Of a stretch of 37,733 bases of DNA, positions 1-9,219 are shown one piece after another (within the stretch, counting starts at the first letter, position 1; every line of letters begins with the position of its first letter). The notes beneath the pieces were generated by a model, which was given only the letters and a program-made list of their open reading frames with translations, was not told the DNA's origin and ran no database searches. The stretch comes from Pyrinomonadales bacterium (GTDB taxonomy: Bacteria > Acidobacteriota > Blastocatellia > Pyrinomonadales > Pyrinomonadaceae), in assembly GCA_038248245.1 (NCBI GenBank), contig JBBRUA010000001.1, forward strand, positions 1 to 37,733, read 5' to 3'. Position numbers and translations under genes: made by a program.

Positions 1-39
1 CATACATACATTTTAAACCACCTATCCCATTTTTGCGCC

Positions 40-78
40 AAAAAAGAGGCCGCCTTTTTAGACAGCCTCTTTTTTTGA
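40..78. terminator. Putative bidirectional rho-independent terminator downstream of the minus-strand rhodanese gene
   Basis: aaaaagaggc (41-50) and gcctcttttt (65-74) are perfect reverse complements. An A-tract and a T-tract flank the GC core. The loop is rather large (14 nt). Confidence 0.4.
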
Positions 79-144
79 AATGTGCGGCGGTCTAATTCTT
101 GCTTTCCCCTTTTTTCGAAAGTGTCCCGAAGAAATGTCGGATTT

Positions 145-522
145 TCATTTCGCCGCATCGACCCTCTCGATCGCGCCACCGGAATCTTCCCAGGCGTGCC
201 AGCCGCCGGTCATCGACCAGACGTTGGTGTAACCCATTTTCTGCAAATTGTCCGCCGCGAGTGCGGAGCGAAATCCGCCGCCGCAGTACAGGATCAGCTC
301 GGTATCTTTGTCGGGAAATGTCTGCACGATATCGCGCTCGATGATGCCACGGCCCATGTGCTTTGCTCCGGCGGCGTGCCCGGCGGCGAATTCATTGTCC
401 TCGCGAACATCGATCAGCACAGCTCCGGCGTCCGTTCTCTCGATCGCCTTGGAGACCGACACTTCGTTCACACGCGACGTGGCGTCGGCCGTTAGTTTTA
501 AGAATTCGTTTGAATGTTCCAT
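145..522 (-). CDS. Single-domain rhodanese (sulfurtransferase)
   Basis: ATG at 522 (MEHSNEF...). Contains 'VLIDVREDNEFAAGHAAGA' and the active-site loop 'LYCGGGFRSALAA' (C-X5-R). The longer ORF extending to 849 overlaps the lpdA start region and has no similarity to anything I recognise. Confidence 0.85.
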   Translation of the reverse strand: MEHSNEFLKLTADATSRVNEVSVSKAIERTDAGAVLIDVREDNEFAAGHAAGAKHMGRGIIERDIVQTFPDKDTELILYCGGGFRSALAADNLQKMGYTNVWSMTGGWHAWEDSGGAIERVDAAK

Positions 523-688
523 GGTTTCTTCTATTTTTAGCAGAAAAATTAACCGTCCGCGATGCCTGAAGCGGGAAACTACAATTTTGGGAACGGACCG
601 ATACGGCAATTTCACGGCGTTTTTGTTTGTTCCGCCGCAACTCGTTATAATTATCGTTTGGATTAGATTAGATAAGAGGATAAAACTT

Positions 689-2098
689 GTGGCAGAACAA
701 TTTGACTTAACAATTATCGGTTCAGGACCCGGCGGATATGTCGCGGCGGTGCGTGCCGGACAGCTCGGTTTGAAAGTGGCGATCATCGAAAAGGAAAAAG
801 ATGCACGTCTCGGCGGCACCTGCGGCCTGCGGGGTTGCATCCCGACCAAGGCGTTGCTTAACGCAGCTCATTTGTATGAGAAAGCCGGACATTTTGAGAA
901 TTTTGGCCTGAAGGTTACAGGACTCGACTTCGACTGGACAGGAGTTCAAAAATACAAATCCGACGTCGTCGCCAAAAACTCAGCCGGCGTGACCTACCTG
1001 ATGAAAAAGAACAAAGCTACTATCTTCAACGGCTTTGGCAAGATCGTCGGGAAAGGTAAGGTCGAGGTCGCCCTCGCGGACGGTAAGACAGAGACGATCG
1101 AATCGAAGAACATCATCATTGCCACCGGTTCCGTCGTTCGTCCGATCCCTGGATTCGAAACAGACGGCAAGCAGGTCGTCAATTCCGATCACATCCTTGA
1201 GCTGACGAAGATGCCGAAATCATTGATCGTCATGGGCGCTGGTGCCGTCGGCGTGGAATTCGCGAGCGTTTATCACCGCTTCGGTTGCGATACCACGGTC
1301 GTTGAACTGATGGACCGCATCGTTCCGATCGAGGACGCCGACGTTTCGAAGGAACTCGCCCGATCATTCAAAAAATCCGGCATCAAATGCGAGACGGGAA
1401 TCAAGCTGGATAATCTGACGAAAGACAAAAAAGGCGTCAAGGTTTCCGGCAAGAATGCGAAGGGCGATGACGTAGCGTTCGAAGCAGAAATGCTGCTCGT
1501 TGCCGTTGGCCGCATGCCGATGATCGAAGGCCTCGGCCTCGAAAACACCAAGGTCGTTGTCAATCCGCGCGGCACGATCAAGGTCAACGAATACTGCGAG
1601 ACCGACGAACCCAACGTTTTCGCTATCGGCGACGTGATCGACACCGCATGGCTCGCTCACCTCGCTTCGAAAGAAGGCATTCTGGTTGTTGAAAAGATCG
1701 CGGGTAAAAAAGTCGAGCCGATCAAGCAAAACCTCGTCCCGAATTGCACCTACTGTGACCCGGAGGTTGCGAGTGTCGGCCTCACCGAGGCAAAGGCCAA
1801 AGAGGCCGGTTATGACGTAAAGGTCGGTAAATTCCCGTTCTCAGCCTCCGGCAAGGCACGAATTCTCGGCGAGACTGATGGTTTCGTCAAGATCGTCAGT
1901 GAAACGAAATACGACGAGATCCTTGGCGTTCACATGATCGGCCCACACGCCACGGAACTCCTCGCCGAAGCCTGCGTCGCCATGGCGCTCGAATCCACCG
2001 CCGACGAACTAGGCCGCATCATCCACGCCCACCCAACAGTCTCCGAAGCCGTAATGGAAGCGGCGGAAGGTGTGCATGATCTGACCATTCATTTGTAG
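689..2098 (+). CDS. lpdA: Dihydrolipoyl dehydrogenase (E3 component)
   Basis: GTG at 689 preceded by AAGAGGA (674-680). Contains the FAD motif 'IIGSGPGGYVAA', the redox-active disulfide 'GGTCGLRGCIPTK', the NAD motif 'VMGAGAVGVEFA' and a C-terminal 'HAHPTVSEA'. Confidence 0.95.
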   Translation: MAEQFDLTIIGSGPGGYVAAVRAGQLGLKVAIIEKEKDARLGGTCGLRGCIPTKALLNAAHLYEKAGHFENFGLKVTGLDFDWTGVQKYKSDVVAKNSAGVTYLMKKNKATIFNGFGKIVGKGKVEVALADGKTETIESKNIIIATGSVVRPIPGFETDGKQVVNSDHILELTKMPKSLIVMGAGAVGVEFASVYHRFGCDTTVVELMDRIVPIEDADVSKELARSFKKSGIKCETGIKLDNLTKDKKGVKVSGKNAKGDDVAFEAEMLLVAVGRMPMIEGLGLENTKVVVNPRGTIKVNEYCETDEPNVFAIGDVIDTAWLAHLASKEGILVVEKIAGKKVEPIKQNLVPNCTYCDPEVASVGLTEAKAKEAGYDVKVGKFPFSASGKARILGETDGFVKIVSETKYDEILGVHMIGPHATELLAEACVAMALESTADELGRIIHAHPTVSEAVMEAAEGVHDLTIHL

Positions 2099-2119
2099 GT
2101 CTTGTAGCTAATGAGTCAA

Positions 2120-2163
2120 TGGCCGGTAGTCAGTGAAACTCTGACCGCCGGTCATTTTTATTC
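2120..2163 (+). terminator. Rho-independent terminator after lpdA
   Basis: tggccggtagtcag / ctgaccgccggtca form a 13-bp stem (1 mismatch, 2 wobbles) with loop tgaaact, followed by ttttta. Confidence 0.65.
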
Positions 2164-2250
2164 TGAATTGGACCGAAACTTATTTAATTAACCGGGCAGT
2201 TTTGGCCGTAAAGCTCAGGTATAATAACGTCTATTGTGGAGGGCAGGGGA

Positions 2251-2922
2251 ATGAGTGAGGACGAATACGATCCGAGGGCGAGGACGCGGGAATTGGCGGC
2301 GGAGTTTGGGACACGCGGTGATGCGACGGGTTGGTTTGAGGCTCTTTATAAAGAGTCGGCGGGCAACAACGAACTCATCCCGTGGGCAGACCTCGAACCT
2401 AATGCGTACTTTAGCAAATGGGCTAATTCGACCGAACTTAGAGGAAACGGCCGAACGGCTTTGGTCGTCGGGTGTGGCCTTGGCGACGATGCGAAATATT
2501 TGCACGACCTTGGGTTCAAGGTTACGGCTTTCGATATCTCACCGACAGCGATCGAATGGGCGAAACGGCTTTGCGGTGAAGCCGACATTCATTTCGAAAC
2601 TGTCGATCTATTTAAGTCTCCAAAAGAATGGCTCGGTGCGTTCGACTTTGTACTCGAGATCTACACGATCCAGCCTCTACCGCTTGAGATGAGGCCGAAT
2701 GTCGTTGATGCAATCGCCGCTTTCGTTGCTAAAGATGGGAAGTTGCTCGTGGTAACGCGTGGGCGCGAAGACGATGCCGAGCCGGACATTCTGCCTTGGC
2801 CGATGTCCCGGCGTGATCTATCCCGATTTGAGGCAAACGGCCTGACACAAACCGATTTTGTAATTCTGCCGTCTGTCGACGAAGGCGAGCCTCCGCGCTT
2901 TGTCGTCGAATACAAACGCTGA
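2251..2922 (+). CDS. Class I SAM-dependent methyltransferase
   Basis: ATG at 2251 follows GGAGGGCAGGGGA. Motif I is 'ALVVGCGLGDDAKYL', followed by 'VTAFDISPTAIEWA' and 'FDFVLEIYT'. Confidence 0.85.
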   Translation: MSEDEYDPRARTRELAAEFGTRGDATGWFEALYKESAGNNELIPWADLEPNAYFSKWANSTELRGNGRTALVVGCGLGDDAKYLHDLGFKVTAFDISPTAIEWAKRLCGEADIHFETVDLFKSPKEWLGAFDFVLEIYTIQPLPLEMRPNVVDAIAAFVAKDGKLLVVTRGREDDAEPDILPWPMSRRDLSRFEANGLTQTDFVILPSVDEGEPPRFVVEYKR

Positions 2923-3299
2923 CTCTCTTACCAATCGTTAATCGGGAAGAGCAGTAAAGACAAGATCTGTGATTTCGTCGCTAACAGAAATAATCTGCGG
3001 CTCATTGCCGAATTGATCGCGTTTGCTATTTATCCTGATTACATGAGTTTGCCTCGATTGTTGTCAGAACCCTGATCGCTAAACCGTCAACCGAAGTGAA
3101 AGTTTTTTATCGGAAACTGCGCCGATCCGCCGATTCTAGTATTCAGGGCCAAGGCTAAAAGGCCTTGAACAAAGCTATATTTAAGATTTTTCGATACAAA
3201 ATTCCGGCAGAAAAAATCTGATCCGATTTGGTTGGTTCGTTTCCTTTCGGCAGACCGAAAAGTAACTGCGGTTTTCTGATTTTTTAAAAACCCCTGCGC

Positions 3300-3788
3300 T
3301 TACTGCTTTTTTTCAGGGACTTTCAAATTAACGGTCGTATTTTCCGTTATCGAACCGGGATTTAGGGGAATTATATCTGCCGGAACTTCAAGCAATTTCG
3401 GCTCCTCGCTTGTAATTTGATTTACTTGCTTCGGATCAAACCGAATTTGTTCTTTCAAAGCATTAAGGGCGCGACCTGAGCGGACCGTACCAAGAACAAT
3501 CAACGGCAAACCGAATGTCAAACCGGGAATAAATACGGCTAACATTGCGGCGTTAAATGTGCCATTAACAAGAGCCGGCAAAATTATTATAAAAAAACTG
3601 AGAAGAGTGAACAGACTCAACAGAATCGAACCGACTTTGAGCGGTTTGCGACTCGTTTCAGCTTTGGCGATTGACTCTTGAATATTATTTCCTTGAAGTG
3701 AGGCTTGAATAAAAGTCAGAGAAAATCCGCACTGACGACAATAAATCGTGTCGGGCGAATTCTGCCTGCTGCATTTTGGACAAAACAT
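3300..3788 (-). CDS. Zinc-ribbon membrane protein (hypothetical)
   Basis: ATG at 3788 has GGGAG 7 nt upstream. The N-terminus 'MFCPKCSRQNSPDTIYCRQCG' carries CxxC...CxxC and is followed by 2-3 hydrophobic helices. The track's longer ORF starts at a TTG. Confidence 0.6.
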   Translation of the reverse strand: MFCPKCSRQNSPDTIYCRQCGFSLTFIQASLQGNNIQESIAKAETSRKPLKVGSILLSLFTLLSFFIIILPALVNGTFNAAMLAVFIPGLTFGLPLIVLGTVRSGRALNALKEQIRFDPKQVNQITSEEPKLLEVPADIIPLNPGSITENTTVNLKVPEKKQ

Positions 3789-3869
3789 AAAAACGCTCCC
3801 GTTGGTAATCATACTTTTTAGTGCTTGATGTGCAATAAAAAAGAGGGCAAAATTCAATTTACAAAATGT

Positions 3870-4400
3870 TTAAAAACTATCAACGGCAATAAAATCCACA
3901 TCGTCTCGGGCGTCGTTGAGCGAAACGACTTGGGTCGGAATGCTAAAAACAAAGCGTTTCGCCGTCGCTGTTAAAATATAAGTCGCGCCGACCTCAACAT
4001 CCTCAAAACGATAGTAGCCGAACGAGCCCGAGATCACGGTCCGCGTCGTGCCGTCCGGAATCATCAGCGTAACGCGGGCGTTTGTGATGCCGCGGCCGTC
4101 CGCCAATGTGATACGCCCGCCCAAATTAACCAAAGCCGCTGACGGAGCGAGTGGTGCGTCGGCGTTCCAGAAGCCCGGCTGAAACCGGAACGGCGAAGTT
4201 TGCTCCACCGCCCCGGCGGCATTTTGCCCGATCGTCCCTTCGACCTTATAGATCCCGTTCGTGCTCGCGTTCGCCCCGCTCGCCCCACCGTTCGCCGTGA
4301 CGGATTTCTCGATTCTGTAATTGCCGCCCACCGCGATCTGCGCGTGAGCACAACACGTCGCAGTGGCAAAAATGGCTAATACTAAAATTAAATGGTTCAT
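3870..4400 (-). CDS. Secreted protein with carboxypeptidase-regulatory-like (CarboxypepD_reg) domain
   Basis: ATG at 4400 follows GAGGAA. Signal peptide 'MNHLILVLAIFATATCCAHAQ'. C-terminal 'GRITLADGRGITNARVTLMIPDGTTRTVISGSFGYYRFEDVEVGATYILTA' fits the CarboxypepD_reg pattern. Confidence 0.65.
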   Translation of the reverse strand: MNHLILVLAIFATATCCAHAQIAVGGNYRIEKSVTANGGASGANASTNGIYKVEGTIGQNAAGAVEQTSPFRFQPGFWNADAPLAPSAALVNLGGRITLADGRGITNARVTLMIPDGTTRTVISGSFGYYRFEDVEVGATYILTATAKRFVFSIPTQVVSLNDARDDVDFIAVDSF

Positions 4401-4476
4401 CGTATTCCTCTTCGGAGACCTTCGTCTGCGAATTTTAGACGGCAGATAATACTTCAAAAATCGCTTATTTATGTTT

Positions 4477-5049
4477 TTACCGCGGAGCGTCCCAGATGGC
4501 CGATATTTTGGAATCCGGCATGGTCATTTTCCAGTCCCCGTCCTCTTTGACAAAACCCATCAATTTCCACTTGCCGTCTTGGTCAAGGTATTCGAGTGCC
4601 GCCATATCCCCCACGATTCTTTCGCCACGCGATTCGGCTGTGGCGGCCTGCGGCTGCTCGACGAGTTCCTTTAATTGGTCATCCAAGCTTTTACTCTCAG
4701 ATTTCCCCATCTCAACTAAAAAATCAAGCATTTTCTTGGACAATACCTTCTTCAAGCCGTTAGCATCTTTTCCCTTACGGAGGGCGAAAGCCGTTTTGTA
4801 GGCATCGGTCGGCGAAGCCAGAGAATTGTCATTTGATTTATCAATGTCCATTTTGGTCTGTTTGTTAGTTTCCTCTGTAACGTCCGCCTTTTTTTCTGCT
4901 TTGTTCGCTAACGGCACGGACGGCTGATTTGCAGGGATGATCTTCGATTCGGTTTTTGTCTGACAAGCTGTCATCGCCCCAAGCGCGAACAAAAATGCCG
5001 CCGTGATGATCAATCTACCGTCAATTTTTAATCTATTAATTCTTTTCAT
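4477..5049 (-). CDS. Hypothetical lipoprotein
   Basis: ATG at 5049 follows GGAGAA. Signal peptide plus lipobox 'LGAMTAC'. I recognise no catalytic motif. Confidence 0.6.
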   Translation of the reverse strand: MKRINRLKIDGRLIITAAFLFALGAMTACQTKTESKIIPANQPSVPLANKAEKKADVTEETNKQTKMDIDKSNDNSLASPTDAYKTAFALRKGKDANGLKKVLSKKMLDFLVEMGKSESKSLDDQLKELVEQPQAATAESRGERIVGDMAALEYLDQDGKWKLMGFVKEDGDWKMTMPDSKISAIWDAPR

Positions 5050-5138
5050 TTTATTTTCTCCATCGCTCATAAAAGTCGAGCATTTATTTTGTCCCTTTGG
5101 CGAAACTGTGGAAGCGCGTGTTTCCGGTTTCGCCATAT

Positions 5139-5420
5139 TCAATCCGCGATAGCTTGAATCGGTTCAATTTTCTTCCAATTGTCGCAATCGTCCAACTTTT
5201 CCAACACATCAAGATTCCGCACAAACATCTCAAGATATCCGCAGCTTTGGCATACATAGGAACTCATTTGAGAACTGTGAATGTCGGGGATCCACTTATT
5301 TTCCTTGTAAATAGCCAAAAATGGATAACCGCTATCGGTTTTTAGGCCGCTTTTTGGATATTTATCGTCTGAATAGTAAACAGTTTTGGCACTACATTTA
5401 TTACACGAACCATTTTTCAA
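5139..5420 (-). CDS. Small zinc-ribbon-like protein (hypothetical)
   Basis: TTG start at 5420 has a strong SD (GAGAGGAGA, 8-nt spacer). Cysteine pairs 'CNKC' and 'CQSC' sit about 50 residues apart. Confidence 0.5.
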   Translation of the reverse strand: MKNGSCNKCSAKTVYYSDDKYPKSGLKTDSGYPFLAIYKENKWIPDIHSSQMSSYVCQSCGYLEMFVRNLDVLEKLDDCDNWKKIEPIQAIAD

Positions 5421-5511
5421 TTTAATTTCTCCTCTCGAAAGTCATCACGAAAGCTGAACATTGTACTGTTCGCGCTAGCCGAAACGCCCGGCTAACTCCA
5501 TTGGCCGAAAC

Positions 5512-6087
5512 CTAATCTTCGAGATCCGACACTTTTTCGACACGCATCACGCGAATCTGATATTTTCCGCTGCCCATGTTGTTGATGTCCCGCGTACCGT
5601 AGAATCTGCCGATGACCGTTACGTCTATTCGCTCGCCCGATTTGACGGCGTGGTATTGCTTCGCCTCGTCTGAATCGTCTTTGCGGGAGTAATCCGCGTC
5701 CCATTGAATCCATGTTTCCGCAGGGATATCTTTTCCGGCAGTTGGCGGCTCATTTTTGACGCAGTGTTCGTCGTAGAAAAACATTCGCTCGAAACCGTTA
5801 AAATAAACTCCGCGTACGCGAACGATCTTCCGGTCGTAATCGGCGGCGTTTTTTATTAGCTCGCAGTACGTTACGGTCGGAATCTTCGACACATCAAAAG
5901 TCGGCAGTTCAGCTTTCGGGCTGACATCCTTCGGTGTCGACGCAACGGTTCGTCGCTGATCCGTTGAATTGTCGTTTGAAAATTTCATTCGATTTATTTC
6001 GGGTGCTTTTGTTCCGCAAGCCGTCGATGCGAGAGTCAGGAAGACGGCCACAATCATAATTTGAAAAGTAGTTATATATCTGGTCAT
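5512..6087 (-). CDS. Hypothetical lipoprotein
   Basis: ATG at 6087. Signal peptide plus lipobox 'LASTAC'. No recognisable domain. Confidence 0.6.
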   Translation of the reverse strand: MTRYITTFQIMIVAVFLTLASTACGTKAPEINRMKFSNDNSTDQRRTVASTPKDVSPKAELPTFDVSKIPTVTYCELIKNAADYDRKIVRVRGVYFNGFERMFFYDEHCVKNEPPTAGKDIPAETWIQWDADYSRKDDSDEAKQYHAVKSGERIDVTVIGRFYGTRDINNMGSGKYQIRVMRVEKVSDLED

Positions 6088-6114
6088 AATTTTAAGAACA
6101 GCGTTATCTTTGAT

Positions 6115-6555
6115 TTATTTCGACAAAAACGCTGCAAATCCTGCGGCAAGAAAGCCCAATGCCAGAATCGTCATAGTTATCATCAACGGCTTGCTTCGTT
6201 TGCCGAAAACGATCTGCCAGATTCCGGCGGCGGTCGCGTTCAGGCTGATCAAAATTAACAATGCGAAGATAAAGACGATAAAAGTCGTTTGTCCCGGACT
6301 GCCGTGGTATGCGGATTTACCGTTTTGCGTGGTGTTCAGCATCCACACGGCGAGCCAGCCAATGAAAGCTAGTAGCGCGATGCCCACGACGACGAGAAAA
6401 ATGCCGATCGCCCGGATATGTCCGACCGACTGCAAAGTTTCTCCGCACACCGGACAGATCACTTCCGATGTTTCGCGGACGTCTTGGCATTTCGCACAAG
6501 TCCGGCGAACTATTTTCGCGGACGAATCAGTCAAAGTTTGAGTTGGATTATTCAT
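6115..6555 (-). CDS. Zinc-ribbon membrane protein (hypothetical)
   Basis: N-terminal 'CAKC...CPVC', followed by three predicted TM helices. Confidence 0.6.
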   Translation of the reverse strand: MNNPTQTLTDSSAKIVRRTCAKCQDVRETSEVICPVCGETLQSVGHIRAIGIFLVVVGIALLAFIGWLAVWMLNTTQNGKSAYHGSPGQTTFIVFIFALLILISLNATAAGIWQIVFGKRSKPLMITMTILALGFLAAGFAAFLSK

Positions 6556-6602
6556 AATTTTGAGTCTCGGAATTCACCGCTCGATGGCGAAACAGATAAA
6601 TT

Positions 6603-9149
6603 TTACTTCTGACAAACGGTGGCGGTCGAATTTGTCGCGCAGACGAGCTTTCGCAGGTTTTCGATTAAAAATTGCTGCTGCTGTAATTGTTTTTGCTGTG
6701 CTTCGATGCTCTTTTTTTGATCGTTGATTTCTTTGAGCATCGTTGTGATGTCGCCTTGTGCAAAATTTCCAGCCGTGCAGATCGAGATTTCGTTTGAAGC
6801 GTTTCGGCAGAGCGAGGTCGAGCCGGGCGAGCCTAGCGTCGCCGCTGTAATTTTTCCGTTGACGGAAAACGAGCCGGGAATTTTTGTCGTCTCCTGTGAA
6901 GTGCCGAGAACGATTGTGTTGTTGGTTGTAACAACGGCATCCGCGCCGATGGCGGTCGAATGACTGACACTTACCGCATTGGTTCCGGCGACACTGTTTT
7001 CGCCGATAGTTGTATTTGAGGTTCCATAAGATTGGGACAAATAGCCGATGTTGGTGTTAAAATCTTGCGTCCCGAAGGCGAACGCGCCGACGGCGGTATT
7101 TTGGCTGCCGGTTCCGCCCGTATTAAAACCGATTAAAGTGTTCTGCGATTGAGTCGTAATCTGAAATCCGCTGCTGCTGCCGATAAAAGTATTTCTGATG
7201 CCGGTCGTGTTGGCAAGGCCGCTCGAAGAGCCGAAAAATGCGTTGTAGCTGCCCGTGCCGTTGACGACTCCCGCCGAACTGCCGAAAAATGAATTGTTAC
7301 TGCCGCTGCTGTTGACGATTCCCGACGAGCTGCCGAAAAACGAATTCTTGTCGCCCGAGAAATTGACTTTTCCGGCTTCATAACCGAAAAACGAGTTGTC
7401 ACTGACATTTTGCATCGTTTGTCCGGCTTGAAAACCGAGAATCGAGTTACGCAAACCGGTGTTGCTCAAATATCCGGCGCGATAACCGAAAAAAGAATTG
7501 CCGTCAACATTATTGTTGTATCCTGCGCCGCTGCCGAAAAATGAATTGAACGAGCCAACCAGATTAACGTAGCCCGCGCCTCTGCCAACAAATGAATTAT
7601 CGTCGCCGCTCGTGTTTTGCCTTCCCGCCGCGCTGCCGATAAAACTGTTCCCCTGACTCGTATTGTTAGAAGATTCTCCGGCTTTGTAACCGAAAAACGC
7701 GCTGTCCGCGCCGAGCAGTGCGAAATTGGTTGATTGTCCGGCGACCACGTTCGTCACATTCGGCGTACCGAAAACCGACGTGTTGGCAATTCTGAAATTC
7801 GTCGTGCTGTTGACGATGTTTGCCGACAAAGTTCCGCCCAAAGTTCCGCCGCCGCTGATGTTAAAGTCGGAGGACGGTTGCAAAACGGTTGAATTTTGAA
7901 TAAAATTGCCGCCGCCGCTCGTGCAGGTAGATATTTGATTAACCGCGTTGCGGCACAGTGAAATCGAGCCAGCCGCACCCAAAGCTCCTATTTGCAGGAG
8001 ATTCGGAGCGACGACCGTATCCAATGTTCTGCCTAAAACAACCGTGTTGCTGTTCGACGCAATCGCGCCCGAACCGAGAGCGGTAGCAAAACTGAGACTG
8101 TTCGACGCGACGTTCGCATTGTGACCGAGCATCGTATTGAAGCTGCCCGTTGTGTTGCTGACTCCGGCTTGATAGCCGAAAAATGAATTGCTGTCCGATA
8201 GATTGTTTGCTCCCGAACCGTAGCCGAAAAATGCGTTATTATTGCCGGAAAGATTGAACCTTCCCGCATCAAGTCCGAAAAACGAATTATTTGTTCCGCC
8301 GATATTGGCAAAACCGCTCGAACGCCCGAAGAAAGAATTGTTGTTTGCCTGGTTGTTTCGGCCGGAATCAGTTCCGACAAACGCGTTATTGAAGCCATTG
8401 GTATTGGCATTTCCCGAAAAATTCCCAATAAATGTGTTTGAATTTCCGCCTGTATTTGCGGTTCCGGCACTCACACCCGCGAAAAGATTTAACGAACCTT
8501 GAACACTTAAAACACGATTGCCGGCAATGTTAAATTGCGTTGCCGAATTAAAAAGATTCGCCGAACCGTTGCCGGAGATGTTGAAATCGGTCGACGCTTG
8601 CGGCGTTGTATTTTGATTTTGGACATACTTTGCACTTCCCGCAGTCGGATTTCGGTCGTCGGTAAGTCTCGCGTCGGTTTGCTGCACATAATCGCTTGCC
8701 GGCAAGCCGCCGAGATTATTTGAATCGTTTGCAATCACCGCATTTCTCGAATTAAAACTCTGAATCGCGAACGGTGCCGATGTAACTTGCTGACGCGGTG
8801 CGAGCGTTGTGAACGCTACCGCACTGCCGACCGGTCTGACGCTGATCTCCAAATATCGATCTTCGCCGCGAAACGTCGCCGCTCCGAAATCAAGCTGGAC
8901 GTTGAAAATTCCGTTCACAACCTGAACAGCCGAAAGTTGAGCAGTCGGGCCGAATTGAATGCCGGCCGCCGCCGTGTCAAACGCCTTGAACTGCATTTCG
9001 TATGTTCCGTTGGTTGGCGACACAACGGTCGAGTCATTGAATCGTCCCTGATAAGTGAACTGCGTGGTTTGGGCAAACGCCGTCGCCGCACAGATAAAGA
9101 CGATTACAAGGATGAACGTAATTTTTATTTTATTTCGTAACTTATACAT
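6603..9149 (-). CDS. Large secreted fibre/adhesin-like repeat protein (YadA-head/tail-fibre-like 'NSFFG' repeats, C-terminal coiled coil)
   Basis: ATG at 9149 with signal peptide '...AATAFAQ'. It has an N-terminal 'TTQFTYQGRFND' module and more than 20 degenerate ~14-aa repeats (G-x-x-NSFFG-x-x-AG). Two 'SLCRNAxNxISxCT' neck motifs are present, and the C-terminus is a Q-rich coiled coil 'KSIEAQQKQLQQQQFLIENLRKL'. Confidence 0.8.
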   Translation of the reverse strand: MYKLRNKIKITFILVIVFICAATAFAQTTQFTYQGRFNDSTVVSPTNGTYEMQFKAFDTAAAGIQFGPTAQLSAVQVVNGIFNVQLDFGAATFRGEDRYLEISVRPVGSAVAFTTLAPRQQVTSAPFAIQSFNSRNAVIANDSNNLGGLPASDYVQQTDARLTDDRNPTAGSAKYVQNQNTTPQASTDFNISGNGSANLFNSATQFNIAGNRVLSVQGSLNLFAGVSAGTANTGGNSNTFIGNFSGNANTNGFNNAFVGTDSGRNNQANNNSFFGRSSGFANIGGTNNSFFGLDAGRFNLSGNNNAFFGYGSGANNLSDSNSFFGYQAGVSNTTGSFNTMLGHNANVASNSLSFATALGSGAIASNSNTVVLGRTLDTVVAPNLLQIGALGAAGSISLCRNAVNQISTCTSGGGNFIQNSTVLQPSSDFNISGGGTLGGTLSANIVNSTTNFRIANTSVFGTPNVTNVVAGQSTNFALLGADSAFFGYKAGESSNNTSQGNSFIGSAAGRQNTSGDDNSFVGRGAGYVNLVGSFNSFFGSGAGYNNNVDGNSFFGYRAGYLSNTGLRNSILGFQAGQTMQNVSDNSFFGYEAGKVNFSGDKNSFFGSSSGIVNSSGSNNSFFGSSAGVVNGTGSYNAFFGSSSGLANTTGIRNTFIGSSSGFQITTQSQNTLIGFNTGGTGSQNTAVGAFAFGTQDFNTNIGYLSQSYGTSNTTIGENSVAGTNAVSVSHSTAIGADAVVTTNNTIVLGTSQETTKIPGSFSVNGKITAATLGSPGSTSLCRNASNEISICTAGNFAQGDITTMLKEINDQKKSIEAQQKQLQQQQFLIENLRKLVCATNSTATVCQK

Positions 9150-9219
9150 AATTTTGCCGTGTACTAAAAAATGAATTTCAGACAAAACAACATTTTTGTT
9201 TCGTCACTCTTTTATGGAA

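Noticed and set aside
248-688. A 147-codon N-terminal extension of the lpdA ORF (the track's 616-aa version), together with the 145-849 extension of the rhodanese ORF.
   Set aside because: The two extensions overlap each other on opposite strands and encode low-complexity sequence. Good starts exist at GTG 689 (SD AAGAGGA, directly before the FAD-binding GxGxxG) and at ATG 522.
3225-3265. The tRNA-like string 'ggttcgtttcc' and the hairpin ctttcgg-caga-ccgaaag in the 2923-3299 intergenic region.
   Set aside because: No acceptor, D or anticodon arms can be drawn, and the hairpin lacks a U-tract on the relevant strand. This is insufficient to call a tRNA, ncRNA or terminator.
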